Below are positions 29,317 through 40,199 of a stretch of 64,000 nucleotides of DNA, in pieces. The notes beneath the pieces were generated by a model, which saw only the letters and a program-made list of their open reading frames with translations, was not told where the DNA came from and ran no database searches. How positions within the stretch are numbered: position 1 is the first letter of the stretch; each line of letters begins with the position of its first letter. A program made the position numbers and the translations under genes. Source of the stretch: an uncultured Fibrobacteria bacterium (GTDB lineage: Bacteria; Fibrobacterota; Fibrobacteria; UBA11236); assembly GCA_963716395.1 (NCBI GenBank), contig OY970309.1, forward strand, positions 2,944,001-3,008,000. The letters run 5' to 3'.

Positions 29317-30782
29317 GGGTTACCGTGGGGCAGGGTTTGCAGACGTGTTCGCGCGGCCTTCGCACCCGCGGAATCGACGGGGTTGAAGGTTTCCAAGGCA
29401 AAGGAACGGCGCACCCGGGTGCGCACATTCTCGTGCACATGGCCCAAGGTCCGTGCTTGGATCAGAATATTGCCCAGGGCCGAAGCTTCGACCGGGCCGC
29501 ACCAAACCGGCACCCCGCACGCGTCGGCGGTGAGCTGGTTGAGCAGCCGGTTGCGGGAGCCGCCGCCCACGATGTGCAGGCCGCGAAACCGGCGCCCCGA
29601 AATCTCCGCGCATTCTGCCAGCGTCAGCGCATACAGCAAAGCCAAGCTTTCCAGCACGCAGCGCGCCACCGCGCCCGGCTGTTCCGGAATCGGCTGGCCG
29701 GTGGCGCGGCAGTACTCCGCGATTTTTTCCAGCATGCGTCCGGGCTTGCCGAAACGCGGATCGGCAGGATGGATCAGGCTGCGCAGGGGTTCGGCGTCTT
29801 CGGCCAGATCGGTGATGGTTTGGTAGTCGAGGTTGCGGCCGGCCGCGACCCAATCGCGTCGGCATTCCTGCAGAATCCACAGGCCGACCAGATTCTTGCG
29901 AAACAGGATGGTGCCGCCATAGCCGGCTTCGTTGGTGAAGTTGTGCTGGCGGCTGGCGGCATTGATGATTGGTTCCCGTAATTCGGTTCCCAATAACGAC
30001 CAAGTGCCGGAGCTCAGGAAAGCCCAATCCTCTCCGCTTCCCGGCGTGGCCGCCACGGCTGCGGCGGTGTCATGGGAACAGGTGGCCACCACTTGCAAAG
30101 AGGCCGTTCCCGATTCTGCGGCCCACTCCGGCCGCAAAGGGCCGAGTACGGTTCCGGGAGGCACCAGTGCGGGGAAAATCCCGCGGGGAAAATGCAGGCG
30201 GTCGATGAGATTCCAGGCCCAGGCGCGTTTCTCGGCGCTGAAAAGCTGGGTGGTGCTGGCCAGGGAAATTTCCCCGCAGAGTTTGCCCGACAGCAGGTAG
30301 TTGAAATAATCCCCGATGTTGAGGATTTGATTGGCTTGTTGCAAAATCTGCGGGCGGTCGGTGCGATCGCGGTAAAGTTGGTACAAGGTGTTGATGGGCA
30401 TGAATTGAATTCCGGTGGCCGCGAAAATATCGTCGGCCGGCACTTCGGCGAACACCGCTTCCATCGCGCCCTCGGTGCGGGAGTCACGATAATGGAAAGG
30501 TGCCTCCAAGGCCTGTCCCGCGCGCAGCAGCACGTAGTCCACGCCCCAGGCATCGGTGCTGATGCCCACCGGCGCGGCGCCGCGGGCGATGGTTTCGCGC
30601 AGCCCGGCGCGGATTTCGCCGAAGAGCCGGTCGCAATCCCAGCGCAGGGTGCCCTGCGTCGACACCGCTTCGTTGGGAAACCGCCGCACCTCTTCCACCG
30701 ACACGCGTTCGTCGCCCACCGTTCCCAGCAGCATACGTCCACTTTCGGCGCCGAGATCCACGGCCAGATATTGAGTTTCCAA
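29313..30782 (-). CDS. rhaB: Rhamnulokinase-family FGGY kinase
   Basis: LAVDLGAESGR, D.WGVDY, YRD.RT, TGIQ.M.INTLYQL, SHDTA.A, SSGTWSLLG, FTNE.G. Confidence 0.9.
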   Translation of the reverse strand: METQYLAVDLGAESGRMLLGTVGDERVSVEEVRRFPNEAVSTQGTLRWDCDRLFGEIRAGLRETIARGAAPVGISTDAWGVDYVLLRAGQALEAPFHYRDSRTEGAMEAVFAEVPADDIFAATGIQFMPINTLYQLYRDRTDRPQILQQANQILNIGDYFNYLLSGKLCGEISLASTTQLFSAEKRAWAWNLIDRLHFPRGIFPALVPPGTVLGPLRPEWAAESGTASLQVVATCSHDTAAAVAATPGSGEDWAFLSSGTWSLLGTELREPIINAASRQHNFTNEAGYGGTILFRKNLVGLWILQECRRDWVAAGRNLDYQTITDLAEDAEPLRSLIHPADPRFGKPGRMLEKIAEYCRATGQPIPEQPGAVARCVLESLALLYALTLAECAEISGRRFRGLHIVGGGSRNRLLNQLTADACGVPVWCGPVEASALGNILIQARTLGHVHENVRTRVRRSFALETFNPVDSAGAKAARTRLQTLPHGNP

Positions 30783-30789
30783 GACAGCC

Positions 30790-32898
30790 TCAGCGCGGAA
30801 AGGATTGCACGTTGCCCGCGTCCACGTTCAAAATGTTGCCGGTCGATTTTGCCGAAGCCTCGCCGACAAAGAAGCACACGGCTTCGGCGACGTCTTCGGG
30901 GAACACGTTGCGTTTCAACAGGCTGCGTTGGCGGTAATGCTCTTCGAGCTGATCTTCGCGGATGTGGTAGGCTTCGGCCCGCTCTTTACGCCAACTGCTG
31001 TCCCAAAGTTTGGAGCCGCGCAGCACGGCGTCGGGGTTCACGACGTTGACGCGAATGCCATGCGGCGCGCCTTCCAGCGCCAGACAGCGGGCCAGATGTA
31101 CTTCGGCGGCTTTGGCCGTGCAATAGGCGGCGGCGGAGGGAGAAGCGGCCAGCGCGTTTTTGCTGGCGATGAAGATGATGGAGCCGTCAAGCCCCTGGGC
31201 CAGCAGCAGGCGGAAGGCCTCGCGCGAAACCAGAAAATATCCCGTGGCCAGAATGTCGAGGTTTCGTTTCCACACATTCAGCGAGATGTCCTGGTACGCC
31301 GCCGTCGAGGCGATGCCCGCGTTGGAGACGAGAAAATCGAGGCCGCCGAATTCGCGCGCGCAATGCCGCAGGGAGGCGGCCACCGATTCTTCGTCGGTGA
31401 CGTCGGAGACCACGATGCGCACCGCGTCGCTTCCGAATTCAGCGCCCAGTTCGCGCGCGGCTTCGCTCAGGCCTTGGGCGTCAACGTCGGTGAGGCAAAC
31501 CACCGCGCCTTCGGTGAGCAGGCGGCGGGCCGTGGCTTTGCCGATGCCGCCCGCACCTCCGGTGATGAGGGCGATGCGCGCCGCCAGGGATTTGGGCTTG
31601 GGCATGCGCCGCAGCTTGGCCTCTTCAAGCGCCCAGTATTCGATGTCGAAGGCTTCTTGCTCGGGCAAAGCCACATAGTCATCCACGGTGGTGGCGCCGC
31701 GCATGACGTTGATGGCGTTGAGGTAGAATTCGCCCGCAATGCGGGCCGTGGCCTTGTCGGCCGCGAAGGAGAACATTCCCACGCCGGGCACCAGGATGAT
31801 GACCGGATAGGGATCGCGCATGGGCGGCGAAGCGGGCCGCTTGCAGCGCTGGTAATAGGCTTCATACTGCGTGCGGTAGTCGGCCAGAGCGGCATCAAGG
31901 CGCCCGAGCAAATCCTGCACGCTTTCGCGCGCGGGATCGAAGGTAAGGAAGAGAGGAGCAATTTTGGTGCGCAAAAAGTGATCCGGGCAAGAAGTGCCCA
32001 GAGCCGCCAGTTCGCGGCCGCGCTGCGAACCGATGAACTCCAGCACTTCGGGCGCATCGTTGAAGTGCCCGATTTTCCGGTTCTCGCGGCTGAGCTTGCC
32101 CCGCAGAGGCGGCATCAAGGCTGCGGCAAAATCACGGCGGCGTTCCGCGTCCAGAGCTTCGACCTTGGGACCGCCGAAGGGCCGGCCGGTGTTTTTCGCA
32201 TCAAGATAATTTTGCGCCTTGCGAATCACGCTCAAGGTGTTTTCATAGCATTCCTTCGAGGTGCTTCCCCAGGTGAAAAAGCCGTGGCCTCCCAGCATGA
32301 TACCCGTGATGCCGGGTTTGGCGCGGCACAAGGCTTCGAGTTTGAGGCCCAGATCGAAACCGGGCCGCTGCCACGGCAGCCATCCCAATGCGCCGGCGAA
32401 AATCTTCTGCGTCAAAGCTTCGCCGTTTTTGGCAGCCGCGATGGCGATCACGGCGTCGGGATGAACATGATCCACATGCGGATACGGAATGTAGGCATGC
32501 AGCGGCGTGTCGATGCTGGCGGCCCGCGGGTTCAGGTCGAAGGTGCAATGCGGCAGATAATCCACCATCTCGTCTTCCTGCGCCAGGCCGCGGTACAGCG
32601 CCTTGAGGCTTTGCAGCTTGTCGAGATACAAGGTCGCGAACCCGTTCAATTTCATGCTGCCCAAGTCGCCGCCCGAACCTTTGACCCACAGGACTTCGAC
32701 TTTTTGGCCCGTGAGCGGATCTTTCATCGCCACCTTGGCCGAGGTGTTTCCACCACCGTAATTGGTGACGCACAAATCCGATCCCAGCAGGTTGGAGCGG
32801 TACAGCAGCAGTTTTTCTTCGGGCCAGCCCTGGCAGGCGGCATCGTCCCACCGGCTGGGAATGTCGGATTCGGTCGCCGAGGTTGCGGTCGGGTTCAT
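30790..32898 (-). CDS. rhaD: Bifunctional rhamnulose-1-phosphate aldolase / short-chain dehydrogenase (RhaEW type)
   Basis: YRSNLLGSD...[45 protein letters not shown]; [14 protein letters not shown], YxxxK; start reassigned to 32898. Confidence 0.93.
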   Translation of the reverse strand: MNPTATSATESDIPSRWDDAACQGWPEEKLLLYRSNLLGSDLCVTNYGGGNTSAKVAMKDPLTGQKVEVLWVKGSGGDLGSMKLNGFATLYLDKLQSLKALYRGLAQEDEMVDYLPHCTFDLNPRAASIDTPLHAYIPYPHVDHVHPDAVIAIAAAKNGEALTQKIFAGALGWLPWQRPGFDLGLKLEALCRAKPGITGIMLGGHGFFTWGSTSKECYENTLSVIRKAQNYLDAKNTGRPFGGPKVEALDAERRRDFAAALMPPLRGKLSRENRKIGHFNDAPEVLEFIGSQRGRELAALGTSCPDHFLRTKIAPLFLTFDPARESVQDLLGRLDAALADYRTQYEAYYQRCKRPASPPMRDPYPVIILVPGVGMFSFAADKATARIAGEFYLNAINVMRGATTVDDYVALPEQEAFDIEYWALEEAKLRRMPKPKSLAARIALITGGAGGIGKATARRLLTEGAVVCLTDVDAQGLSEAARELGAEFGSDAVRIVVSDVTDEESVAASLRHCAREFGGLDFLVSNAGIASTAAYQDISLNVWKRNLDILATGYFLVSREAFRLLLAQGLDGSIIFIASKNALAASPSAAAYCTAKAAEVHLARCLALEGAPHGIRVNVVNPDAVLRGSKLWDSSWRKERAEAYHIREDQLEEHYRQRSLLKRNVFPEDVAEAVCFFVGEASAKSTGNILNVDAGNVQSFPR

Positions 32899-34037
32899 TT
32901 CGCCACCTCGACCCATCGCCCGCTTTTGGCCGAGTCGAGTACGGCGTCGCAGATGCGCTGCGTTTCCAACGCATCGCGAAAGGTGGGGCCCGTCGGCTGG
33001 CCCTTGGCCAAGCCGTCGAGAAAGTCGGCGATTTGATGCACGAAAGAATGCTCGTAACCGATGGCCAGTCCCGGCACCCACCAATGGCTCATATACGGGT
33101 GATCGCGGTCGGTGATATGCAGCGATCGCCATCCGCGCAATTGCCCTTCGTCGCGGTGATCAAACCATTGCAGGCGGTGCAAGTCGTGCAGATCCCAGGC
33201 GATGGAGGCGTGCTCGCCATTGATCTCCAAAGTGTATTGGGCCTTATGCCCGCGCGCGTAGCGCGTCGATTCAAAGGTGGCGAGCGATCCGTTTTCGAAG
33301 CGCGCTAAAAAGGCGCAGGCATCGTCGATATTCACCTTTTCGACCTTGCCGGTGAGATTGTGCTGCCGCTCCTTGATGAAGGTTTCGGTCATGGCCGAAA
33401 CCGCGTGGACCGAACCGTTGAGCCACACCGCCGTATCGATGCAATGCGCCAACAAATCGCCGGTGACGCCCGAGCCCGCGGCGGCCGCGTCGAGCCGCCA
33501 CAATCCCGTGCCGCCTTGCGGCAGTTCCGGAGAGATGGTCCAGTCTTGCAGGAACTTGGAGCGGTAATGAAAAATTTTTCCCAACCGGCCTTCGTCGATG
33601 AGCTGTTTGGCCAACGTCACGGCCGGAATGCGGCGGTAATTGTACCAGACCATGTTGGGCACGCCGGCGGCTTCCACGGCCGTGACCATTTTCTCGCCCT
33701 CTTGGGAATCGCGCGCCAGGGGTTTTTCGGTCAGCACGATTTTCCCGGCCTTGGCCGCGGCGATGGCGATTTCCATGTGGCTGTCGTTGGGCGTGCAGAT
33801 GTCGACGAGATCGATGTCTTTGCGCTCGATGAGTTTGCGCCAGTCGGTTTCCACCGATTCGTAACCCCATTGCTCGGCGAAGGCCCGGGCGTTTTTTTCA
33901 TTCCGGCCGCATACCGCTTTCAGCGCGGGCTGCGCCTCGACGTCGAAGAAATTCCCCACCCGGCGGTAGGCGTTGGAATGGGCGCGGCCCATGAAGCCGC
34001 ATCCGACCAGGCCGACGTTGATTTGTTTCTTGGCCAT
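32895..34037 (-). CDS. Gfo/Idh/MocA family oxidoreductase
   Basis: [36 protein letters not shown]; start reassigned to 34037. Confidence 0.92.
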   Translation of the reverse strand: MAKKQINVGLVGCGFMGRAHSNAYRRVGNFFDVEAQPALKAVCGRNEKNARAFAEQWGYESVETDWRKLIERKDIDLVDICTPNDSHMEIAIAAAKAGKIVLTEKPLARDSQEGEKMVTAVEAAGVPNMVWYNYRRIPAVTLAKQLIDEGRLGKIFHYRSKFLQDWTISPELPQGGTGLWRLDAAAAGSGVTGDLLAHCIDTAVWLNGSVHAVSAMTETFIKERQHNLTGKVEKVNIDDACAFLARFENGSLATFESTRYARGHKAQYTLEINGEHASIAWDLHDLHRLQWFDHRDEGQLRGWRSLHITDRDHPYMSHWWVPGLAIGYEHSFVHQIADFLDGLAKGQPTGPTFRDALETQRICDAVLDSAKSGRWVEVAK

Positions 34038-34047
34038 GCTAATCCCT

Positions 34048-35082
34048 TCAGTTCCAGCCGTGTTGTTCCCGGACCGCAAGCATCGCGGCCAGGATTTTGT
34101 TCCAGGTTTCCTGTTGCTCCATGACGGCGTTGGGAAACATGCAGCCATCCCAGCAGACGTGTTTGATTTCGATGTGCCGGCCGTTTCGATCCCGCAGCCA
34201 GAAGCCGGCGTGGTAAGGAATGTCCAGCTTTCCGTTCGGGTCGTCCACCTGACAATGGCGCCCGGTCTTGTCATGGGAACCGGAGCCGAATACGCCGGCA
34301 TCGTTCTGGGCGACATGAAAGTCCTTGACCCAGGGCCGCAGCTTGTCCGTCAGGGCCCGGTAACCCTGGTCGAAGGCTGCCTTTTCCCAGTTGAAGCCGG
34401 CCGGGACCAGCGCATCCTCCGGCGCATTATAGCCGAGCATGAAGAGGAGGGTATGCGCCATGTCGGCCTGGATGCCGACGGTCTTGGGATTGTCGACGCC
34501 TTCCAGAATTTGCAAGAGGGATTTCCAGCCGTGCATGCCGCCCCAGCAGATTTCGCCTTCGAGGGCCAACTGCTCGCCGAAGCTTTCGGCGATGCGGGCG
34601 GCTTCTTTGACGGTCGCGATGTTTTTCTTCTGGTTGCCCTCCGGATCCTGGGCGAAGTTGGCGGGGCTGTTGGCGGTGTCGATGCGGATGACGCCGTACT
34701 TGCGGATGCCGATATCCTTCAGCTTTTTGCCTAGGGCGCACGCCTTCCGGAGCGCGGTCAGATAGTTCTTGCGATCTTCCTCGGTGCCGAAGGCGCCGCC
34801 GCCGCCCCAGATGGGCGCGACCAGCGATCCAATCACCAGGCCCTTGGATCCGACTTGCTCGGCCAGTTTTTTGAGCGCATCATCCGTGGAATCGAGATCC
34901 TGATGCGGCAGGGAGAGAAACAGATCGATCCCGTCGAAGCCGACGCCGTTTACTGATGCGTTGGCCGTCAACTCCAGCATTCTGTCCTGGGAAATGACCG
35001 GTTCGGCTCCCGGCTCTTTGCCGCCCTTCCCGACGAGTCCGGGCCAGGCGGCGTTATGTAATTTCGGGAATGCATTTGCCAT
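34048..35082 (-). CDS. Xylose-isomerase-like TIM-barrel sugar isomerase/epimerase (AP_endonuc_2; ApsI-like by recollection)
   Basis: [52 protein letters not shown] metal-binding pattern; GAGGAG SD. Confidence 0.75.
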   Translation of the reverse strand: MANAFPKLHNAAWPGLVGKGGKEPGAEPVISQDRMLELTANASVNGVGFDGIDLFLSLPHQDLDSTDDALKKLAEQVGSKGLVIGSLVAPIWGGGGAFGTEEDRKNYLTALRKACALGKKLKDIGIRKYGVIRIDTANSPANFAQDPEGNQKKNIATVKEAARIAESFGEQLALEGEICWGGMHGWKSLLQILEGVDNPKTVGIQADMAHTLLFMLGYNAPEDALVPAGFNWEKAAFDQGYRALTDKLRPWVKDFHVAQNDAGVFGSGSHDKTGRHCQVDDPNGKLDIPYHAGFWLRDRNGRHIEIKHVCWDGCMFPNAVMEQQETWNKILAAMLAVREQHGWN

Positions 35083-35156
35083 GATTAACTCCTCGTTGTG
35101 AAAGGGTGAGGTTGACTTGCGCGTTTCCCCACGGCGCGGCCCTCCGCGCCGGCTCT

Positions 35157-36449
35157 TTACCGCACCTTTATTGCGTGGCTCTTGAAGGCGCCGGTATGCG
35201 GTGCCTTCGGAGCCGCATCCGGCCCGAAATACCGCAGGGTGACCAGGGGCTCGGACCCGGTGTTCTCAAAGGTTACCCCTTGCGTGGCGGCTTCGTAAGA
35301 GACGAAGACTTCGTCCTCGGTCATGGCTCCGAAGCGGATCATGTTGGGTGATTGCAGCGTATGCCGGCCGAGGCGGCCCATGCCCTGCACGGTGATGAGG
35401 CCGTAGGCGCCTCCGTCTTTGATGGTCGCTTTCGCTCCGGGGTCGAGGGTCAGTTCCTTGGCGGAGAACAGGTCCCGATCGCCGGGGTGGGCGCCGCGGT
35501 TTGGTCCGCCGAAACGGCCATACACCACCCAGCGGTCCTGATAGCCTTCGGTTGCGGTGTCACCGATTGGAATCGGCTCCAGATAATGGTGATCGCGGAA
35601 ATTCGGGTCCACGTTGGCTTCCCAATCGAGTTGGTTGACGAGGTAGTCGAGATCGTTCTTGAACTCCTCGGGAGTGTCTTTTACGAACAGTTCCCACTCC
35701 ACGCGGCGGCCTTCGACCATGCTCTGGTACATGGCAAACACGTCGCTGCCCCATTGCGGCTCGTAGGTGAGCAGCGACCCGGGCGCATGCAGCACGCAGG
35801 CGGGAACGTGCCAGCCGGTGCCGGGATTGAGGCGATACGCCTTGGAGAGATTGAGGATGCCGTTATCGCCCTTGTTCCAGTTCTCGAGACAGCGGTGCAC
35901 ATCGGCTTTGGTCACCCCGGGCTCCAAACCGAAATAGGTATGGGGGAAGTTGTTGCCGATGGAATTGAGCTGGGGCGGGAAGTAGTAACATTCTGGTTTC
36001 CCCTCCTGTCCCACCTTGGCGGCCTGCTCCTCGTTGTGGTGCATGTGATGGGGGATCGGACCCAAATTGTCGAAGAATTTGGAGTACACCGGCCAGCGAC
36101 GATACTTTTCCCACATGGCCTTGCCGATTAGGCGCGGGCCTTCGGCCGCCACGGCTTCGAGCAGGGTGAAGCGTTCGCCGTCGTGGACGACATAGCTCAA
36201 TCCTTCGTCGATGGCCCGGTTGTCGTTGCCGGCTTCGGTGGTGGAGGCGAACCAACGTTCGTCGATGCCGCCGCGGTGCGCGCCCAGGGCATAATAGTCG
36301 TCGGGATGAAGTTTGAGCCGCCGGCCCGGCATGAGAAATGAGCGCGGCACCCAGCACGGAGCCAAACGCAGTACGCCTTCGCCGGCCTCCAGCGCCGCGC
36401 GCACCTTGGGTTTGGCATCGGTTTTGGGAAGAATTGCGGTATCAGTCAA
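35157..36449 (-). CDS. Cupin / mannose-6-phosphate-isomerase-like hypothetical protein
   Basis: KFFD..GPIPHHMH, GKPE.YYF, G.GW.VP..VLHAPG..YEPQ..SD resemble class I PMI cupin motifs; TTG start at 36449 with GGAGG SD. Confidence 0.65.
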   Translation of the reverse strand: MTDTAILPKTDAKPKVRAALEAGEGVLRLAPCWVPRSFLMPGRRLKLHPDDYYALGAHRGGIDERWFASTTEAGNDNRAIDEGLSYVVHDGERFTLLEAVAAEGPRLIGKAMWEKYRRWPVYSKFFDNLGPIPHHMHHNEEQAAKVGQEGKPECYYFPPQLNSIGNNFPHTYFGLEPGVTKADVHRCLENWNKGDNGILNLSKAYRLNPGTGWHVPACVLHAPGSLLTYEPQWGSDVFAMYQSMVEGRRVEWELFVKDTPEEFKNDLDYLVNQLDWEANVDPNFRDHHYLEPIPIGDTATEGYQDRWVVYGRFGGPNRGAHPGDRDLFSAKELTLDPGAKATIKDGGAYGLITVQGMGRLGRHTLQSPNMIRFGAMTEDEVFVSYEAATQGVTFENTGSEPLVTLRYFGPDAAPKAPHTGAFKSHAIKVR

Positions 36450-36683
36450 AGTACGCCTCCGCAACGGAATGAGAGTGAGATCTGCACTGCAAATTACTCA
36501 GCTCGGGTGTTCCGGCATTTTCGATCCGGCTACTAAGATATAACTTCTTTACCCGAAGTGATTTTCAAATTTTTGTCGGTTTCCGATTCAATTCAAGGCA
36601 ATTCCAGGGTGAAATTCCCTGGAGAAAGGCCAAAGCCGCGGTGGAATCCAAGGCATTTTTCTTCGCCGCTTGGGTTGAGCGGG

Positions 36684-37796
36684 TTACCGGTAAAGAAAAT
36701 TCCAGTCCACCGGCGCCAGCAGGTGGTGGCCGTTTAATCCTGTGATTTCAATCGCGCTTCCATCTGAATCGCGTCGGATGCTGCGCACGCCTCCGAAGTT
36801 TTTCGGGATTGGGTGTACGAGGTGGATGACCCGGACGATTTTCGGCGCCTTGCGGCGAAACGCAAAGCTGGTTGGGATTCCGAAACTCCGCAGGCGATCC
36901 TGGCGCGCCACCTCCGGGCCATCCGAGTAATGGCTGCACACCTCTTCCAGCCCCAGGCGTCCGCGATGGATTCCGTTCCAGGGCGGCGCATGCCGGCCGC
37001 CGTTGGAAATCCAGAACAAGGTGCTCGGCAAGACGCGCGGATCCTTCAAGGCGATCCAGACGTAGCCGTCCAAGGTGGCGGCGGTCCAGGCGAAGTCGCC
37101 GGTGCGGCTGCTCAGCATGACGAGATCGTCGAAACCCGGTCGGGCCGGATAGGCGTGCAACGACGTGGTTCCGCCCGTGGCCAGGGCCACCTTGGCCAAT
37201 GAGGTGAAGCGCGCCCCGGTTTTGAGGGCCCCGTATTCGCGCGCCGCGGGATTGGAAAACAACTCGGGTTTTACGCGGCCGAAGCGAAAAGGGCTGACGT
37301 TCACATGATAAGGCCCTCCGGTTTCGGGAAAGCGGAGAATGGCGTGATGACCGAAGTTGAAGCGGCCCTGTAGGCCCTCGATCACATGTTCTTGATAAAT
37401 CGCGCGTTGTCCGGCGCGAATGCCAATGGTTTTCGTGACCCGGCACGCCGGTCGGCGTACCTGCATGTCCAAGACCAGACGCCCGGGGTCGGCCGAGGCG
37501 AGTTTCCATTCGGCATTGGCGGTGTCTCCGTGCACGTTGGAAATGCCGAGGCTGGATCCGAAAGGCAAGCAGAAATAATCGCCTCGCAGCACCCGAATAA
37601 CCGGGTCGCCTTCAGCGAGATCCTGAGGCTTCCACGGGGCGAGGGCAAAGGGCTCGACCCAGCGTTGGCCCAGGCGAAATCGCACCGGCGCGAGATGTCC
37701 GGCGCGACGCGTCAGGGTGGCTTTCACGACTTTGTTGGCAAGTATAAACGAAGGTTCCCCGTGTACGGTGACCAAGTCATCCAATGGCATTTTCAC
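36684..37796 (-). CDS. Hypothetical protein, possible galactose-mutarotase-like (aldose epimerase) fold
   Basis: LRGD.FCLPFG, HG.TAN..W, GHHA.L, LGLEEV; beta-rich. Confidence 0.55.
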   Translation of the reverse strand: MKMPLDDLVTVHGEPSFILANKVVKATLTRRAGHLAPVRFRLGQRWVEPFALAPWKPQDLAEGDPVIRVLRGDYFCLPFGSSLGISNVHGDTANAEWKLASADPGRLVLDMQVRRPACRVTKTIGIRAGQRAIYQEHVIEGLQGRFNFGHHAILRFPETGGPYHVNVSPFRFGRVKPELFSNPAAREYGALKTGARFTSLAKVALATGGTTSLHAYPARPGFDDLVMLSSRTGDFAWTAATLDGYVWIALKDPRVLPSTLFWISNGGRHAPPWNGIHRGRLGLEEVCSHYSDGPEVARQDRLRSFGIPTSFAFRRKAPKIVRVIHLVHPIPKNFGGVRSIRRDSDGSAIEITGLNGHHLLAPVDWNFLYR

Positions 37797-38178
37797 CTTA
37801 TCCTTTGCGAAGCAAAAGCGTTCTCCACATTCCGGGTTCTGGTCGGATAGAATCCAATCATGTGTCCATTTAAATCCAACAACTTACTTTTAGAATTAAA
37901 GGCAACTTTGGGTTTGAAAAGGGTCAATCGACCTGCACGGTTTTGGCGTCGATGCCTCAGAATCACAGAAGGTATTCAAGCTCAATAAATGGGAGCGCGT
38001 AAATTCCTTTTCATCCCCAGTTTTAAGGGATAGAGTTGGGGTTGCGAATATTTTTGGCGGAAAAACCGAGGTTATGGTAACGACTCAGTGAATTCGATGG
38101 CATGAATGTCTGAAATCCGGGAAGATAGGCGTTGGTTTTCTGAGAACGTTGAACCTTTGACAAATTACTGGGGATGCT

Positions 38179-39966
38179 ATGAACGCTTTTAAACTCACCG
38201 CTTTGGGATGCCTGCTTTGGATACCGGCTGGCGCGCAATTCACCTCCAGTAGTTGTCCCGGCGGAGCGGGTGCAACCTTGGCCCCCTCGGATTTCACCTT
38301 CACCGAGCTCGCCAAAGGCTCGAACTCGGTATGGAACGAGCCGGTGAGTTTCGACTTGCAAGGCGTTTATAATGCCGCCGGGGATTCGGTCACCCAAGTC
38401 AACATGTTCTTCGCGGAACGCACCACCGGCAATGTCATGTATTACGACGGAGCCACCGGTAAATTGAGCGTGGCGGGAACGATTCCCACTTACGGGCAGA
38501 CGAACACCGGCGAACAAGACAACGGCTTGATGGGCGTGGTGGTCGATCCCAATTACAATACCGATCGCTTCATCTACGTCTGGTTTTCGGCGCCGATAGC
38601 CAACCCGAATGATAATCGCCGCATGCGGTTGGCGCGCATCAAGGTCAATGCCGACAATACCTTGAACATGTCGTCCGAGCAGATCATGATCGACATTCTC
38701 GAGAGTAAAACCGATCAATGGCATACCGGTGGGCCGATGCAATTCGACAGCTATGGCGATCTCTGGGGCACCATGGGAAACAACAGTACTGATGTGGATC
38801 CCGCGGGAGATCAAATCGGCTCGACCGACAGTTCCAACACTGCCATGTGGGGCCCGCCCAACACGGCCAGCCTGCGGGGCGGCATTTGGCGCATTCATCC
38901 CGACACGACTGCAACTTCGGTCGACACGGTCGGGCGCAGCATTTATGGGCCGGGATATACCATTCCCGCCGGCAATTTCGGCGATTACTGGGCGACGCAA
39001 TTTCAAAGCCAGGGGCTTACCGGCTTGGCGGCGGAATATCGCAATCCCAAGAAAGTGCTTCCGGAGATTTACGTGAAGGGCGAGCGCAGCAATTTTTCCC
39101 TGCACATCGATGCCAAAAAGCGTTGGCTCACTTGGGGAACGGTGAATTACAATTCCGACGCCGACGAGTTTAATTTGGTCACCCATCCCGCCTTTACGGG
39201 CATGCCTTTTTGGGAAGGCAACAACCGGCAATTACCGTGGCCGAGCGGTTATAGCAACAATCTGAATATGCCCACCAACTTCTCTCCTTTTAACAGCGGG
39301 GTTGACACCTTGCCTCCCGCCACTCCCAGCGTGTTTGCCTGCTGCTCGCCCATGAGCAACAATACGGCCATGGGCGGTCCGATTTACGAATTCAATCCCT
39401 ATTTGAAAAACCGGGGAAAGCTGCCGCCCCATTTCAATAACTATTGGTTCAACATGAATTTTCAGGCAAGCACGATTTGGACCAGCCCGGTGGATACCAC
39501 CAACCCGACCGCCCCGGGAACTCCGGTGCAATTGAGCGGTACGGGAAAACTGTGGGCCAATTTGCCCTTGCGCAGTCCTTTGAGTATCAAGGTCGGTCCG
39601 GACGGGGCGATGTACATCCTGAACTACGATGGCTATTACAGCACGATGAACCCGAGCGTCGCCCGAGTGACCTATACCGGCAGTTGCGTGGTGGTACAGC
39701 AAGCGGTTGCCGTGAAGCCCAAAATCGCCGAACCCGAAGTCGAATTTTCCGCCACCCAAAACGATTTTTGGATTGGCGAACAGGGGCCGCATGAATTCAG
39801 CTTATACGATCTGCAAGGCCACCGCTTGGTGCGATTGTTGGGGACCGGCCCTACCCAGTATTCCTTTGCCGACTTGCACAGCCGCTATCAATTGAAGGCC
39901 GGCATCTATCTGGCCCGTCTGCAAACGACGCGGGGAACGCTGTTCCGTAAAATTTCCATGTTCTAG
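38179..39966 (+). CDS. PQQ-dependent sugar dehydrogenase-like (GSDH beta-propeller) secreted protein with T9SS-like CTD
   Basis: Signal peptide; GLMG..VDPN, HTGG.M.F...G.L..T.G, LRG.I.RI, YTIP.GN, PEIY..G.R, GPDG.MY; CTD LYDLQG..V...AGIYL.RL. Confidence 0.8.
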   Translation: MNAFKLTALGCLLWIPAGAQFTSSSCPGGAGATLAPSDFTFTELAKGSNSVWNEPVSFDLQGVYNAAGDSVTQVNMFFAERTTGNVMYYDGATGKLSVAGTIPTYGQTNTGEQDNGLMGVVVDPNYNTDRFIYVWFSAPIANPNDNRRMRLARIKVNADNTLNMSSEQIMIDILESKTDQWHTGGPMQFDSYGDLWGTMGNNSTDVDPAGDQIGSTDSSNTAMWGPPNTASLRGGIWRIHPDTTATSVDTVGRSIYGPGYTIPAGNFGDYWATQFQSQGLTGLAAEYRNPKKVLPEIYVKGERSNFSLHIDAKKRWLTWGTVNYNSDADEFNLVTHPAFTGMPFWEGNNRQLPWPSGYSNNLNMPTNFSPFNSGVDTLPPATPSVFACCSPMSNNTAMGGPIYEFNPYLKNRGKLPPHFNNYWFNMNFQASTIWTSPVDTTNPTAPGTPVQLSGTGKLWANLPLRSPLSIKVGPDGAMYILNYDGYYSTMNPSVARVTYTGSCVVVQQAVAVKPKIAEPEVEFSATQNDFWIGEQGPHEFSLYDLQGHRLVRLLGTGPTQYSFADLHSRYQLKAGIYLARLQTTRGTLFRKISMF

Positions 39967-40006
39967 GGATCTCAGAAACCGAATTCAAAACGCACGCAAG
40001 CTCGAT

Positions 40007-40036
40007 CATTTCGACGCGACCAGGGTCGTCGAAATG
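40007..40036. terminator. Hairpin downstream of the GSDH gene
   Basis: CATTTCGACG...CGTCGAAATG inverted repeat; no clear U-tract. Confidence 0.4.
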
Positions 40037-40199
40037 GGGTTATTCGTGATCGCCTAAAGTGACAATTCGCTTCGGTTTCGTTTTCTCCGGGTCTACTGTT
40101 CCCGCCTTGGTTCTCATATCCTTCGCTTCCATCCCACGGCAAAGGGTGATCGCGAAAAGACCTGCCTCTGGCCTAGGAAGCTGAAATGGAACGGAAATC

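Noticed and set aside
35132-35151. GC hairpin CGGCGCGG-ccct-CCGCGCCG within the sugar operon
   Set aside because: No U-tract on the coding strand and no riboswitch features; at most an mRNA stability element
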